The position numbers were made by a program, and so were the translations under genes. The notes beneath the pieces were generated by a model. That model was given only the letters and a program-made list of their open reading frames with translations, was not told the origin of the DNA and ran no database searches. Source: a virus (taxonomy: Duplodnaviria; Caudoviricetes). Taken from it: a DNA stretch of 64,000 nucleotides. Location of the stretch: the IMG/VR virus record IMGVR_UViG_3300032007_000028, one strand, 5' to 3'. Below are positions 26,838 through 36,951 of the stretch, one piece after another (within the stretch, counting starts at the first letter, position 1; each line of letters starts with the position of its first letter).

Positions 26838-27369
26838 TTTCGTTCTCCGTATCGATTTCGTCGACTTCGATTATGTCGTTGTTCGTTTCGTTCTGCTGTT
26901 GGATTTGCGCCAACATCTTCTTGACCGCGTCCATTACGCGTTCTCTAGACTCTCTTGGTAATTCGTTCGATGTGACGTTCACCGTGATGTCGTTCTTCGT
27001 GTGATTGATTGATATAGGCGGTGAATTGTCTATACCACTGAACGTCTTCGTAGAGTGGTCGAGACCGTTCTGTATGGCCGTCATGTAGTCAATCAGTTCT
27101 TTGTGGGACAACTCATCATGATGATTCACGACTCTGTCTTTGACCTTATCGAGTATGTCGTCGAGCAGTTCGCTTTGGGCGGACGCCCTCGTCATGCTCT
27201 TCTTCATGATGCTTATATTGAAAAGATTCGCGATTTCACGAAGTTCTTGCGAGTTTTTGGCGTGGTCCAACTTCGTGAAAAGCTCTTTGTCGTCAGTGAC
27301 TTCGACAAGTTGGTTTTCGCTGTCCTCGATATCTTCTTTCTGTGTACGAATCTCTTCGTTGTCAAGCAT
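26824..27369 (-). CDS. Hypothetical helical protein
   Basis: 181 aa coupled ORF. Confidence 0.6.
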   Translation of the reverse strand: MLDNEEIRTQKEDIEDSENQLVEVTDDKELFTKLDHAKNSQELREIANLFNISIMKKSMTRASAQSELLDDILDKVKDRVVNHHDELSHKELIDYMTAIQNGLDHSTKTFSGIDNSPPISINHTKNDITVNVTSNELPRESRERVMDAVKKMLAQIQQQNETNNDIIEVDEIDTENENDQK

Positions 27370-27695
27370 TAGAATAAGTCCTTGTAAGTGTTCTCCACAC
27401 GTTCTTTGAGCGCAGTCTCAAAACGTAGTTCAAGGGGTCCTTTTTCGCCTTTTGCGACGCTTCTGATACCCTCTTCTAATTTCGCAGACGGGACGAATCT
27501 GAACTTCGCGCCTTCTTCCGATATAGAGATACGCAAAACGCCATAACCAAAATCGTATTCGACTTCGTGCATTCCCTCTAGCAAAGCGTTCTGCACGCCG
27601 TCGACGAGGACCTCGGACTGCAATTCAGAAATCTTGTCCAGATTCTTCTGATTGATTGTCGTCAGCGTCGAGATTTGTTTGTTCATCGTTTCCAT
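27369..27695 (-). CDS. Hypothetical protein (possible HU-like arm motif)
   Basis: GYGVLRI...KFRFVPSAKLE resembles HU/IHF beta elements. Confidence 0.5.
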   Translation of the reverse strand: METMNKQISTLTTINQKNLDKISELQSEVLVDGVQNALLEGMHEVEYDFGYGVLRISISEEGAKFRFVPSAKLEEGIRSVAKGEKGPLELRFETALKERVENTYKDLF

Positions 27696-27933
27696 AAACG
27701 TTGTCCTTCCATTTCAGATTCTTCTTTCGTATCGCTCTCATCACTTTCTCAAGGCTTCTCGTCATTATATACTCGCGTTGCTTCTGCATCGTCAACGCGT
27801 ATTGCTCTTCCGAGAAGTTGAGTTTCTTTCTGACCAAATCGAACAACCTTCGCGGGTGTTCCTGCAGGTCGTGCAATTCCGCTTCGATATTATACAATGC
27901 AAGAGAAAATTCGTTATCGTGGTTCGAAATCAT
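27625..27933 (-). CDS. Hypothetical protein
   Basis: 102 aa ORF, overlaps both neighbours; start uncertain. Confidence 0.35.
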   Translation of the reverse strand: MISNHDNEFSLALYNIEAELHDLQEHPRRLFDLVRKKLNFSEEQYALTMQKQREYIMTRSLEKVMRAIRKKNLKWKDNVYGNDEQTNLDADDNQSEESGQDF

Positions 27934-28294
27934 AGTTCTTCATGACCTCCACGACCTTCTCATACGCTTTCGTCAACTCCTTTATATTGACGTCTGGTGT
28001 AATCGTGTCGTTTATCGCGTCTTCGAGCGTCATCCCGCTCAAATCGCATCTTTCGTATACGGTAAGGGCTTCGGTCAACGTAATCAACTCAGACGTCGTT
28101 GGTATTCGTATCGTCATGCCGCCGAATAGACTGAGCACATTGAGAAGGCTCTCTTTGTCCATTGCGTATGCCAATTCGCTCAACGTTGAATACTCATCGG
28201 TTTCGTTGAGACAGTACAGAACGAACAGCATGAGCGAATACACGTCCTTCTGACTGAGTATGTTCAGACTCTTTATTATGTTGCTTTTCTTCAT
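27914..28294 (-). CDS. Mor-like transcription regulator
   Basis: LFGGMTIRIPT matches Mor/C-family GG-x-x-I-x-I-P motif; start corrected to MKKSNI. Confidence 0.55.
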   Translation of the reverse strand: MKKSNIIKSLNILSQKDVYSLMLFVLYCLNETDEYSTLSELAYAMDKESLLNVLSLFGGMTIRIPTTSELITLTEALTVYERCDLSGMTLEDAINDTITPDVNIKELTKAYEKVVEVMKNYDFEPR

Positions 28295-28295
28295 G

Positions 28296-29147
28296 CTACT
28301 CTGACCATTCCTCGTCGTTTGAGAATTTGTCTGCATACGCGCTTGCCACGATGGAATCGAGAACGTCGTCGGGTAAAGTGTAGGCGGCCCTCGTATCGTT
28401 TATCTCTTTGCCCAGATTCTTACGGACTTTGTTGACGAGCATTGACACGTATTGCTTCAAAGATGGGCTGACGCACCATAGAAGAGGTTCGCTCGTCCTC
28501 TCTATCTCCATGAATTTCATGAACAGTTCGTCGTTCTTGTTGGATTTCGTATCGAGCTTCTTATTCAGCTTTCTCTTGTTTTCGTTGCTGAGAGTCGTCT
28601 GCGACAGCATCGTGAGCATCATCGACATGCGAAGGTTCTTGCGCATCTTTGCGTTCTTCGCATACGGTGTGTGCTTGACCACGTCGTCTATGAAATCGAT
28701 GAGGTTGTTCAACTCGTCGTATATCGCGGAAACAAGGTACTCACGCTGATAGTCGCTTTGAATCGACTGTCTCATCTTCTCACTCAGACTGTCGTCGAAC
28801 ACGTCTTCGTCCTCGCTCGCTTCAGTCGTCATGTTGAACGCTTCGTTCTGATACATGACCTTAAGCGGATATAAGGACGCCTTCGCGTAATTGAGCAACG
28901 ACTTAACACGCTCTCCGTTCATCTGCTTCTTCATGAAGCGCATATAGATTGTGCTCGCGGCGAACTGCGCGAATCCGTCATAGTCGGCAAAATTTCTGAA
29001 GTAGCTTTTCTTAAAGGCGAGCATTCTGAAAATCAGATACATATAACGATACAGTTTTTCGTCGTCTCTGTTTTCGGTATAGAATTCGTTGTCGAACTCT
29101 ATACATAAATCTGTATACTTCATCCCTTCTGGTTTCGCATAACTCAT
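28296..29147 (-). CDS. Putative phage sigma factor (gp55-like position)
   Basis: Helical, region-2-like 'LYRYMYLIFRMLAFKKSYF...KSLLNYAKASL'; adjacent to SbcCD. Confidence 0.4.
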   Translation of the reverse strand: MSYAKPEGMKYTDLCIEFDNEFYTENRDDEKLYRYMYLIFRMLAFKKSYFRNFADYDGFAQFAASTIYMRFMKKQMNGERVKSLLNYAKASLYPLKVMYQNEAFNMTTEASEDEDVFDDSLSEKMRQSIQSDYQREYLVSAIYDELNNLIDFIDDVVKHTPYAKNAKMRKNLRMSMMLTMLSQTTLSNENKRKLNKKLDTKSNKNDELFMKFMEIERTSEPLLWCVSPSLKQYVSMLVNKVRKNLGKEINDTRAAYTLPDDVLDSIVASAYADKFSNDEEWSE

Positions 29148-29148
29148 A

Positions 29149-31029
29149 TCATCTTACCTCACTTATGCCGTTTTCGTTTTTCACAATCGTTATTTCGCTG
29201 TCTGCCGGAATCTGCAACTCATCACTGTGATGCGATACGATAAAGACGCTGTCCACATCGCTCAACTCATTGACGATGAACGACATCACCCTGTCGCAAC
29301 TGAGCGAATCGAGAGCGTCGGTTATTTCGTCAAGAACCAATATGTTCGACGAGAATCCACACTGCTTGGACATCATGTCTCGAATCGCGAACTGCACGAC
29401 CAAGTCCAGTCTCTGCTTTTCGCCGCCACTCAGATTGCCGTAGTCTTTTCCTCTGTAGACGATGTCCAGGTCGTTGCCATTCAACTCAAACGACACATCG
29501 TCTGTATTGAATATCTTAGAGCAGTAGTTCTTCGCTCGTGCGTCTATATAGTCTATTATATTCTGCAGTAGATAGCCTCTGAAGTCACGTTTTGCGAACG
29601 TGCTCATTTTGTTTACGACGGACAATCTTTCGTCCAGTTCGTTCGCTTTGCCTTCATGAACTTCAATATCTTTCTTCAGATTCGAGGTCTCTGTCTCGAT
29701 TCCGTTCAATTCGTTGCGCAGTTCTTCTAGTCTCGTTTTCCTCGTGTTAAGTTCCGTCTTAAGTTTCGTATACTCATTCGACTTAGCGGAAACCTCGTTC
29801 TGTAGAATCGAGTTTGTCCTATTCGTCAATGCGGATGTTTCCTTCTTCAGGGAATCGACTCTGCCCTTTGCGTTTTCTATGTTCTTGTCAAAGTCTTCTG
29901 ATATTCGTCTCAATACGTCTGCGTACCCTTCGTTGTCGTCGGCTATATCGTATTCAATCTCTTCTATTCTCTGTCTTATTTCCGCCAGTTCGTTCTTTTG
30001 AGCGTCACAACTCGGCTTGACGACTCCGACCAATTTTTGACCGCACGTGGGACAAACGTCTCTTATGCCCTCGATGTGCTCAATCTCATGAGTGAGGGAT
30101 GACGCTCTCGCGTCGAGGGACGATTTGCGACCAATCAATTCGCTCTGCGTTTCGCTGTGCTGAGTCATCACTTTCGACAGCGCGTTCGATTTATCTTGCG
30201 ACAGCGTAGACAACGACGCGATTGCCGAGTCGAGGTTATCGTTGCTCGACTTAAGCTCATCGTTCAAGGACTTCACAAGCGATTTCGCGTTTTCGATGTC
30301 TTCTTCGAGAGTCTTCAATCTCGTCTCATCGTCCACCATCCCTTCAAGACGGACGATGTCGCTATTCACTTTCGCCCGTGATTCTTCGTATACACTTAGT
30401 TTCGACTTCAAAGACGCAATCGTCTTGTCGTTTTCGTTCCTCGCATTCGAGAGAACGTCAAGTCTGTCCGATATGCGTCTCTTTATGTCTTCTATCATGA
30501 AGTCGGACTTCGAAAGATGCTCAAGCACCTCTTTTCTACCACTCGGCGTATTCGACGTGAACTTTTGGGGCAGTCCCTGTCCAAGCAACACGACGCTACC
30601 AATAAGTTCTTTCGTCACGTCTGGCAAAAGCTGAGACAGCATCGTCTGCGACTCCCTTATGCCTTTGCCACCAACGTCTTCCCCATCCACGATTATCTTG
30701 AGATTCGTGTGCAATACGGAATCGTCATGGCTTCTCGTCAGCACGAACGACTTCTCGTCGGCTTCGAATTCGAGACTGACCCAACAACCGTCGTTGTATG
30801 CGATGTTCGCAGTCGAAGAACCCTTCAGACCACTTAGCGTTTCACCTGTGAGAACGTAGCTTATCGCGTTCCATATTGACGACTTTCCAGAACCATTGCT
30901 CTTGGCCGCGTCGCTTGGGTCCAAATTGATTCCCTTGACCAAACAAAAGCCTCTATCGCACAGTTCTATCTCCGCGTCCGCGAACGACATAAAATGATGC
31001 AATTTAATCTTCTTGAATACAATCTTCAT
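29149..31029 (-). CDS. sbcC: SbcC/Rad50-like ATPase
   Basis: SNGSGKSS, coiled coil, CPTC zinc hook, LSGGE, LVLDE, VSH. Confidence 0.92.
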   Translation of the reverse strand: MKIVFKKIKLHHFMSFADAEIELCDRGFCLVKGINLDPSDAAKSNGSGKSSIWNAISYVLTGETLSGLKGSSTANIAYNDGCWVSLEFEADEKSFVLTRSHDDSVLHTNLKIIVDGEDVGGKGIRESQTMLSQLLPDVTKELIGSVVLLGQGLPQKFTSNTPSGRKEVLEHLSKSDFMIEDIKRRISDRLDVLSNARNENDKTIASLKSKLSVYEESRAKVNSDIVRLEGMVDDETRLKTLEEDIENAKSLVKSLNDELKSSNDNLDSAIASLSTLSQDKSNALSKVMTQHSETQSELIGRKSSLDARASSLTHEIEHIEGIRDVCPTCGQKLVGVVKPSCDAQKNELAEIRQRIEEIEYDIADDNEGYADVLRRISEDFDKNIENAKGRVDSLKKETSALTNRTNSILQNEVSAKSNEYTKLKTELNTRKTRLEELRNELNGIETETSNLKKDIEVHEGKANELDERLSVVNKMSTFAKRDFRGYLLQNIIDYIDARAKNYCSKIFNTDDVSFELNGNDLDIVYRGKDYGNLSGGEKQRLDLVVQFAIRDMMSKQCGFSSNILVLDEITDALDSLSCDRVMSFIVNELSDVDSVFIVSHHSDELQIPADSEITIVKNENGISEVR

Positions 31030-32048
31030 CGTCTGCAAACCTCTCCCAACTCAGACATGACTATATCCGTTTTGCCTAGTCTGTCTATCACAAACTTGTC
31101 GAACTCACCGAGATGACCGTCTACTCCATAGTCGAATTTGACGTCTTCTGTTGGAGAACTTTTCGTCGAAACTATTGTCATCTTATACGTCACGACGTTA
31201 TGTCTCGCGAGGATTTCATTGACTCTATCGACATACTTTTCGTCGCATCTCAAAGACAAGACTGCATTCTGCTTTATGTCGTCCAATTTTCTCAAAGACG
31301 TTTCGTCGACGATGTCCAACTTATAGAAATTGAACGCGTACGGATTGTCGAAGAACGACGTTTCAAGCGTGTCTGTGCCGATGAGCATCGTCTGATGACC
31401 GTATCTGAACGCGTCTTCGGAAAAGTTTTGACCAGTGAGATTGCCAAGGTTTATCGCGAACAATCTTTTGCCATCGAAGAACTTCGTCTGATTATGAAGA
31501 TGCCCGTTCACATAGAGAGACGTATTGCCCTTTATTTCGTCTAACGAATATCCAAATTTGGACTCATACGCACCGTAACGTATTCCGCTGATGTCGTTAT
31601 GCGAGAAGACGATTCTCTTTTTGTCGTTGGGCAAAATTTCCGACAGTGGTCTTCTCGTGTCTTCCGTGAAATAGGGAATGAAAGCTATGTCGTCTTCTAT
31701 CTTAATCTTGTCTATGACTTCAAAGCCCTCTTTGCGAAGGGCGTTGGTGGAACTATACTGCAGGTCTATCATCGACGATTCGTGATTGCCTACAATGAAC
31801 GCATGGCGAATCGACTTAGCCCAATTTATCTTCTGAAGAACGGAAATCTCCTCTGAGTTGATATCACATCTATCGAAGAAGTCTCCAAGATACACAATCA
31901 AATCTGCATTTGTTTCCAGGGCTTTATTCTCAGCCCAATCTATCGAAGACAAAAGATTTGACAATCTCGTCGAACAATCTTTGTTTCTTGTTCTCAATAT
32001 CGACGAATACGTCGACCAATGTACGTCACCTACTACGAAAATCTTCAT
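31026..32048 (-). CDS. sbcD: SbcD/Mre11-like nuclease
   Basis: GDVH, GDFFD, GNHE, SHN, NGHLH; adjacent to SbcC. Confidence 0.88.
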   Translation of the reverse strand: MKIFVVGDVHWSTYSSILRTRNKDCSTRLSNLLSSIDWAENKALETNADLIVYLGDFFDRCDINSEEISVLQKINWAKSIRHAFIVGNHESSMIDLQYSSTNALRKEGFEVIDKIKIEDDIAFIPYFTEDTRRPLSEILPNDKKRIVFSHNDISGIRYGAYESKFGYSLDEIKGNTSLYVNGHLHNQTKFFDGKRLFAINLGNLTGQNFSEDAFRYGHQTMLIGTDTLETSFFDNPYAFNFYKLDIVDETSLRKLDDIKQNAVLSLRCDEKYVDRVNEILARHNVVTYKMTIVSTKSSPTEDVKFDYGVDGHLGEFDKFVIDRLGKTDIVMSELGEVCRR

Positions 32049-32080
32049 ACGAGAATATTATACAATGCACATAAGAAAAA

Positions 32081-32560
32081 TCACTTTCTTACGAAAGTGT
32101 ATTCCTTGTTCGTGTTTTCGAGCCAATTGACCCATTTATAGCCGTATTTCGACGCAGTGTATTCGAATATCGCCTGGTCATACGGTTCGTTCGGCAATCC
32201 CTTTGACATTCTGATTCGCTGATACCAGTATCTTATCGCCGAAGGTATCGACACGAGAAATAGTTGAAACGGTCCGAGAATGAGTTGCTGTATCGCATGA
32301 CCGAACTCGTGTCTTCTCGTATGTTCGAACCAATCTGGACTCGTTTCGGAATAGTTTCCGCAGAGGGCGACCGCACCGATGCTGAGACCTCCCCAATTAC
32401 CGCCAATCTCGACGATTATCGAGCACCCGTTTCGATGCGCTTTATAACCGTTTACAGCCAATGCGAGCACGATGATTAGACCAGGGATTGTGAACAGGCA
32501 TCCCCACGTGAGTGAGACGAGCCAGAACATGATTGAAAATAGAATCTTTTTTGCTTTCAT
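32081..32560 (-). CDS. Membrane protein with HExxH metallopeptidase motif
   Basis: N-terminal TM, GGLSIG, HEFGH, downstream E in AIFE. Confidence 0.7.
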   Translation of the reverse strand: MKAKKILFSIMFWLVSLTWGCLFTIPGLIIVLALAVNGYKAHRNGCSIIVEIGGNWGGLSIGAVALCGNYSETSPDWFEHTRRHEFGHAIQQLILGPFQLFLVSIPSAIRYWYQRIRMSKGLPNEPYDQAIFEYTASKYGYKWVNWLENTNKEYTFVRK

Positions 32561-32567
32561 AACTACC

Positions 32568-33470
32568 TCATGACATAATTTTGCATACGACGTAATCTAT
32601 TTGACGCTCTCTCGACAAGTCCAATCTGCCTGTTTTCAACTGCCAGTCGAACGACGACAGATACTCAATCGCGTCTATCAGTTTATCGTTGCTGAACTTG
32701 TTGCAGGAATAACGAATCGCTGAGAATTTCTTAGGGTTCATACCAAGTTTCTCAGATGTCGCTGAACTGTCCATCTGCACGGAACACACGTCTTTGAAGT
32801 TATTGCGAAGAATGGATACGAGGGCATACGCCTCAGACTGTGTGTTGAGATACGCATTCAGGAGTGCGCCAACGCTTGCTTTGTCGTTCTTGACTATTGC
32901 ATTCACCAAAGGGAACGGCGAGTCGTCTAACCCATATGCACCAGACTCGAACATTTTGTCGAACGCTTCCGACTGTGCTTCGTTTGAGAATACAGAGAGT
33001 TTCAAGGCTTCGTTTTCAGAAGCGAAGGGGTCGCTTTTGCAGAGTTTTACGAGAGTCTTCGCTCGGTCTTTGGTGAGACCTTGACAAATCGTCGTAACGT
33101 AATCCTCTATCTGCCAATCAACGAGTTTCGGGAACTTGACTTCGAGTTCATTTAGTTCATATGTGCATTTTTTGCACATTACTATGAAGTTGCTTTTCTT
33201 GGACATATACTCTATGTCTTCTTTCGACACTTCGAGTTTATCGCAGATGAACACATGCAACACATCGTCGCTTGCTGAGAATGAGTCGTCGATTGACGTG
33301 ATGAACTCTTCCAGCGTTTCGTGATAGACAATCTCAAGTTCGTTTTTGCTCGCTATCGCTTTGAGATATTGCAGAGGTAAGAACTTCGAATCCTCCCACA
33401 CGAATACGTAGGCGATGTTGTCGATACGACCTTCAGATAATATTTTGTTCTTCAGTTCCTCTACGGTCAT
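32568..33470 (-). CDS. holA: DNA Pol III delta (HolA)-like clamp-loader subunit
   Basis: NEALKL, PFPLVNAI, KLGMNP, DWQLKTG; next to delta-prime and DnaX. Confidence 0.7.
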   Translation of the reverse strand: MTVEELKNKILSEGRIDNIAYVFVWEDSKFLPLQYLKAIASKNELEIVYHETLEEFITSIDDSFSASDDVLHVFICDKLEVSKEDIEYMSKKSNFIVMCKKCTYELNELEVKFPKLVDWQIEDYVTTICQGLTKDRAKTLVKLCKSDPFASENEALKLSVFSNEAQSEAFDKMFESGAYGLDDSPFPLVNAIVKNDKASVGALLNAYLNTQSEAYALVSILRNNFKDVCSVQMDSSATSEKLGMNPKKFSAIRYSCNKFSNDKLIDAIEYLSSFDWQLKTGRLDLSRERQIDYVVCKIMS

Positions 33471-34255
33471 TTTGACTTCGCCACCTTCCACAGTTTCACG
33501 ATTAAATGCTCGACGAACATCTCTTTGTTCGGAGAGTACGTCGACAGTTTGGAAATCTCTTCGTCTATTGTTTCGTACATCGTTTTATATGAAGGGTCTT
33601 CGAGTGCTCTGTCATACGACATCCTCAACAGAACGTCGAGGAACAAGTCATATGATATTTTGTCGTACTCGTCTTTGTAGTTTATCTTATTCACGATTGT
33701 CAGCGCATTCGGAAATCTAGCTTTTCCTATGTTCGACATAATGGACTCGGAAAGGGCAATCGTGTCGTCGATGGTCTTCTCGTTTATCTTCAACAACTTT
33801 CCAGGCGTGCGACAGTATTTAATTAGTCTATCAGCGTTGTCTTTGTTCTTGCAGAACGACAGAAGTTCATCGTCAGCGTAGACGTCGAACGTAAACGACA
33901 CGCATCTATTGACTATCGTCTCCAATACGGAATTCTTCGACTCACATAGGATTATGATATACGAATTGTCGAGTGGCTCTTCCAAGAATTTGAGAATGAC
34001 GTTCTGCTCACGCTCGGTCGCATTCGACAAGTCGATGAGATAGATACCTTCGAGCGTCTTTTCGTATATGCCAGAAATCGTTTCGAAGTCGATGTTTTCG
34101 GAGATATCGTACAGAGATAGACCATAATACGACGAAATCTCGTTGGCTAGAACGTGTTTACCACACCCGTCTTCCCCAATAAACATCATAGAATGGGGCA
34201 ACGAGTAGAGGTCGAATGATTTGAGTTCTTTCAGTAATCTATCTTGACCAATCAT
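33467..34255 (-). CDS. holB: DNA Pol III delta-prime (HolB)-like subunit
   Basis: IGQ, degenerate Walker A GEDGCGK, QNVILKFLEEP, LETIVNRC. Confidence 0.8.
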   Translation of the reverse strand: MIGQDRLLKELKSFDLYSLPHSMMFIGEDGCGKHVLANEISSYYGLSLYDISENIDFETISGIYEKTLEGIYLIDLSNATEREQNVILKFLEEPLDNSYIIILCESKNSVLETIVNRCVSFTFDVYADDELLSFCKNKDNADRLIKYCRTPGKLLKINEKTIDDTIALSESIMSNIGKARFPNALTIVNKINYKDEYDKISYDLFLDVLLRMSYDRALEDPSYKTMYETIDEEISKLSTYSPNKEMFVEHLIVKLWKVAKSK

Positions 34256-35295
34256 AATTGCGCGTCGCACAGACTAGCGATTTCAATCGTCGCCGTCATG
34301 TGCTGATTAGAATCGTTTTTCATTTTGTATTTGATGTCGTTGACCTTCGTCACCAGAGACGAGAACACCTTGCATGAATTCTCAATGCCTGTTGCGTACT
34401 TGACGCATCGCGAATCGTTTTCGTGTTTTGGGTTGAGTACGGTCGTAGGTAGTTTCGTATAGGAAATATCCCCAAACAGACAATACTTATTCAAGTCTAG
34501 AAGAAAGCCAATATACTGGTCGATGAACGTCTTCGTTTCGATTCCGTCCATGTGCAGTCTTTCCATAGTCGCTATGACAGAACGTCTATCACCGTCGATG
34601 ATTGCGTTGGTCACGTCGAACATCGCGTCGTATGACACGTTGCCCAACACCTTGAGAACGTTGTTCATAGACAGGTCGACGCTGAAACTGGCGCACTTCT
34701 CTAGCATGGATATCGCGTCTCTGACACCACCATTGGCAAGCTTTGCAATATAGTCGCAAGCGTCTTCGCAATTTAAGAAGCCTTCGCACTTCGAGATGTA
34801 AATCAATCTGTCCCTTACCTGCTCAAACGGAACGCGAGTCAGCGTGAATTTCATCAAACGATTCATAATCGTCGCGGGAATCTTCTGAGGGTCCGTGGTG
34901 CAGAAAATGAATATCGTATACTTGGGTGGCTCCTCTAGGCACTTCAGAAACGCGTTCCATGCGGCCGTTGTGAGCATATGGGCTTCGTCTACGATAATCG
35001 TCTTGTATTCAGAGTCGAGACTTCTTGAGCTTGCTTCGAATATGAGAGAACGCACGTTGTCAACACCGTTGTTCGACGCACCGTCTACTTCGATTGGACT
35101 GCCTTTGCCTTTGTTTATGCAAGATGAGAAGATTCTCGCAAGAGTGGTTTTGCCATCGCCTGAGGGACCACAAAACAAATATGCGTTCTTAAACGTGTTC
35201 GTTTCAAGTTGATGCTTGAGAATCCGAATCGTGTACTCCTGAGAGAGAACGCTTTCGAAATTCTGCGGTCGATATTTTACTGCTAGTGATGGCAT
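34252..35295 (-). CDS. dnaX: DNA Pol III gamma/tau (DnaX)-like clamp-loader ATPase
   Basis: KYRPQNF, GPSGDGKTT, DGASNNGVD, DEAHML, GGVRDAISMLE. Confidence 0.92.
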   Translation of the reverse strand: MPSLAVKYRPQNFESVLSQEYTIRILKHQLETNTFKNAYLFCGPSGDGKTTLARIFSSCINKGKGSPIEVDGASNNGVDNVRSLIFEASSRSLDSEYKTIIVDEAHMLTTAAWNAFLKCLEEPPKYTIFIFCTTDPQKIPATIMNRLMKFTLTRVPFEQVRDRLIYISKCEGFLNCEDACDYIAKLANGGVRDAISMLEKCASFSVDLSMNNVLKVLGNVSYDAMFDVTNAIIDGDRRSVIATMERLHMDGIETKTFIDQYIGFLLDLNKYCLFGDISYTKLPTTVLNPKHENDSRCVKYATGIENSCKVFSSLVTKVNDIKYKMKNDSNQHMTATIEIASLCDAQL

Positions 35296-35305
35296 CTGTT
35301 GTCTC

Positions 35306-35656
35306 CTACAATTCTTTTTCTACGCTGACCATGTTTTCTGGCAGCCAGCCTTCCCACATTGCTTTCGTCTCGTCTTCAGCGACGCTTACGACGTGAATCA
35401 TCGTACCAAGCTTACGGTCGACTTCGACTCGCATTCTGTCGCACTTTGGGACCGTACCATGATTCCAGTTTCTGTACAGAACGTCATTCGACTTCGGGTC
35501 GAGCAACGAGCGGTCTATATTTATTATATAATAGCGACCTATCGAAATCGACAGATTCGTCTTCTTTGGTATGAAATACGTTTGCGTATCCGCGTCATAA
35601 TTCGCGAGAGAGGCCACGCTTACCTTGAGAAGTTGCTTTTCCGCTTGCTTACTCAT
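35306..35656 (-). CDS. Hypothetical protein
   Basis: 116 aa coupled ORF. Confidence 0.6.
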   Translation of the reverse strand: MSKQAEKQLLKVSVASLANYDADTQTYFIPKKTNLSISIGRYYIINIDRSLLDPKSNDVLYRNWNHGTVPKCDRMRVEVDRKLGTMIHVVSVAEDETKAMWEGWLPENMVSVEKEL

Positions 35657-36533
35657 CTCTTTCGTCCACGACGTAGGTGGCTATGATGTCTGCCGCATGC
35701 AATAGCGAAACAAGACCATACTTGCTCATAATCGCTGTAATCTCCTCTACCCCATATTTATCTGAATACGAGTACTGATTGACGAGTGCTACAGTTTCTT
35801 CTTTCGTAAGAGGGATATACGCGCTGATTGCATAGTAAGCGGAGAAGCCCTTCGAGCCAATGACGTCCCTTGTGGACGAGTCTACGACTTTATACACTTT
35901 CTTGGACACCCAATCGAAGTTGCCCAACTCGTCGTGCTTCTTCCCAGCGTCGCTGTAGACCTTCTCGTTTTTGATTCCCTCTTCGTAAATCTGCGCTCTG
36001 CACACATCGTGTAACAATGCGACGATTGCGATTGACACATCATCGTATTTGTGTTGAGATGGAACGGGCAGATTGGCGATGAATCTGCGACATGCGATTC
36101 TATATGCGGCCGCTTCTGCGTCCGTATGGATTCCGATGACGCTCATCAACTCGTCCTCAAGTTCTTCTTCGTTCATGCCAACGACGGAGATGCAGTGTTG
36201 CATAACGGCATTGAATCCCATACGCCCTTCATTCACGTCGTCGAGGAGAACGCTTTGATATCGAGAGACGTTCTCCAACTGAGCGTCGTCTTTGAACACG
36301 TTGGTCATCACGTAACCATCACCGAAGTTTTTGTTGAGGTTGAGCATGACGTCGTATACGTTGAGCGAGTGCTGTAATAAGCCACCTTCGAACGAGCAGT
36401 GATACTGCGTAGATGCTGGTGCTTTGAAGAAGCCGATAGTCTCTAAGTAGTTCAATAATCCATCGATGTCGCAATCGTTTCTTTTGTCTGCGATTCCATA
36501 AAGAAGTTCTTTGAATCTGTCTTTGTTGCTCAT
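35649..36533 (-). CDS. HD-domain protein with ~90-aa internal insertion
   Basis: APASTQYH...GGLLQHSLNV ... LLHD ... LHAAD; start corrected to MSNKD. Confidence 0.75.
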   Translation of the reverse strand: MSNKDRFKELLYGIADKRNDCDIDGLLNYLETIGFFKAPASTQYHCSFEGGLLQHSLNVYDVMLNLNKNFGDGYVMTNVFKDDAQLENVSRYQSVLLDDVNEGRMGFNAVMQHCISVVGMNEEELEDELMSVIGIHTDAEAAAYRIACRRFIANLPVPSQHKYDDVSIAIVALLHDVCRAQIYEEGIKNEKVYSDAGKKHDELGNFDWVSKKVYKVVDSSTRDVIGSKGFSAYYAISAYIPLTKEETVALVNQYSYSDKYGVEEITAIMSKYGLVSLLHAADIIATYVVDERDE

Positions 36534-36623
36534 GTAGTCTCCTTTTCTATAAAAGAATAGCTCCATGATTACCGAGGAGCGACGGCACATGTTCAAGTGC
36601 ATGTGACACTTTAAATTATACAA

Positions 36624-36700
36624 TGGCACCCCCGTGCCGACTCGAACGGCAGACCCACAGCTTAGAAGGCTGTTGCTCTATCCAACTGAGCTACGGGGGT
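36624..36700 (-). tRNA. tRNA-Arg(UCU)
   Basis: Cloverleaf, loop CT-TCT-AA, CCA. Confidence 0.93.
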
Positions 36701-36746
36701 ATATATGAGAATATGCAAGTAGTCAAATTCTCATCATTTTATCGAA

Positions 36747-36823
36747 TGGTCCGCCCTCGGCGACTTGAACGCCGAACCTTGCGATTATAAGTCGCACGCT
36801 CTGACCAATTGAGCTAAGGGCGG
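36747..36823 (-). tRNA. tRNA-Ile(UAU)
   Basis: Cloverleaf, loop CT-TAT-AA, A73, CCA. Confidence 0.9.
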
Positions 36824-36895
36824 ATGTCTGAGATGATGTCGTTCATCTCAGAAGACGCGTCTTTTCTCGTGGCTTAGACGTAACCACATAACCAA

Positions 36896-36951
36896 TGAGC
36901 CGACCAACTAAGGAGATAATTTACAGGAGGCAACCATGAATCGTCGGCTCA
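36896..36951 (-). ncRNA. Promoter-proximal hairpin with anti-SD/anti-AUG loop
   Basis: 9-bp stem TGAGCCGAC/GTCGGCTCA, loop GATTCATGGTTGCCTCCTGTAAATTATCTCCTTAGTTG; TATAAT at 36957-36962. Confidence 0.55.
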
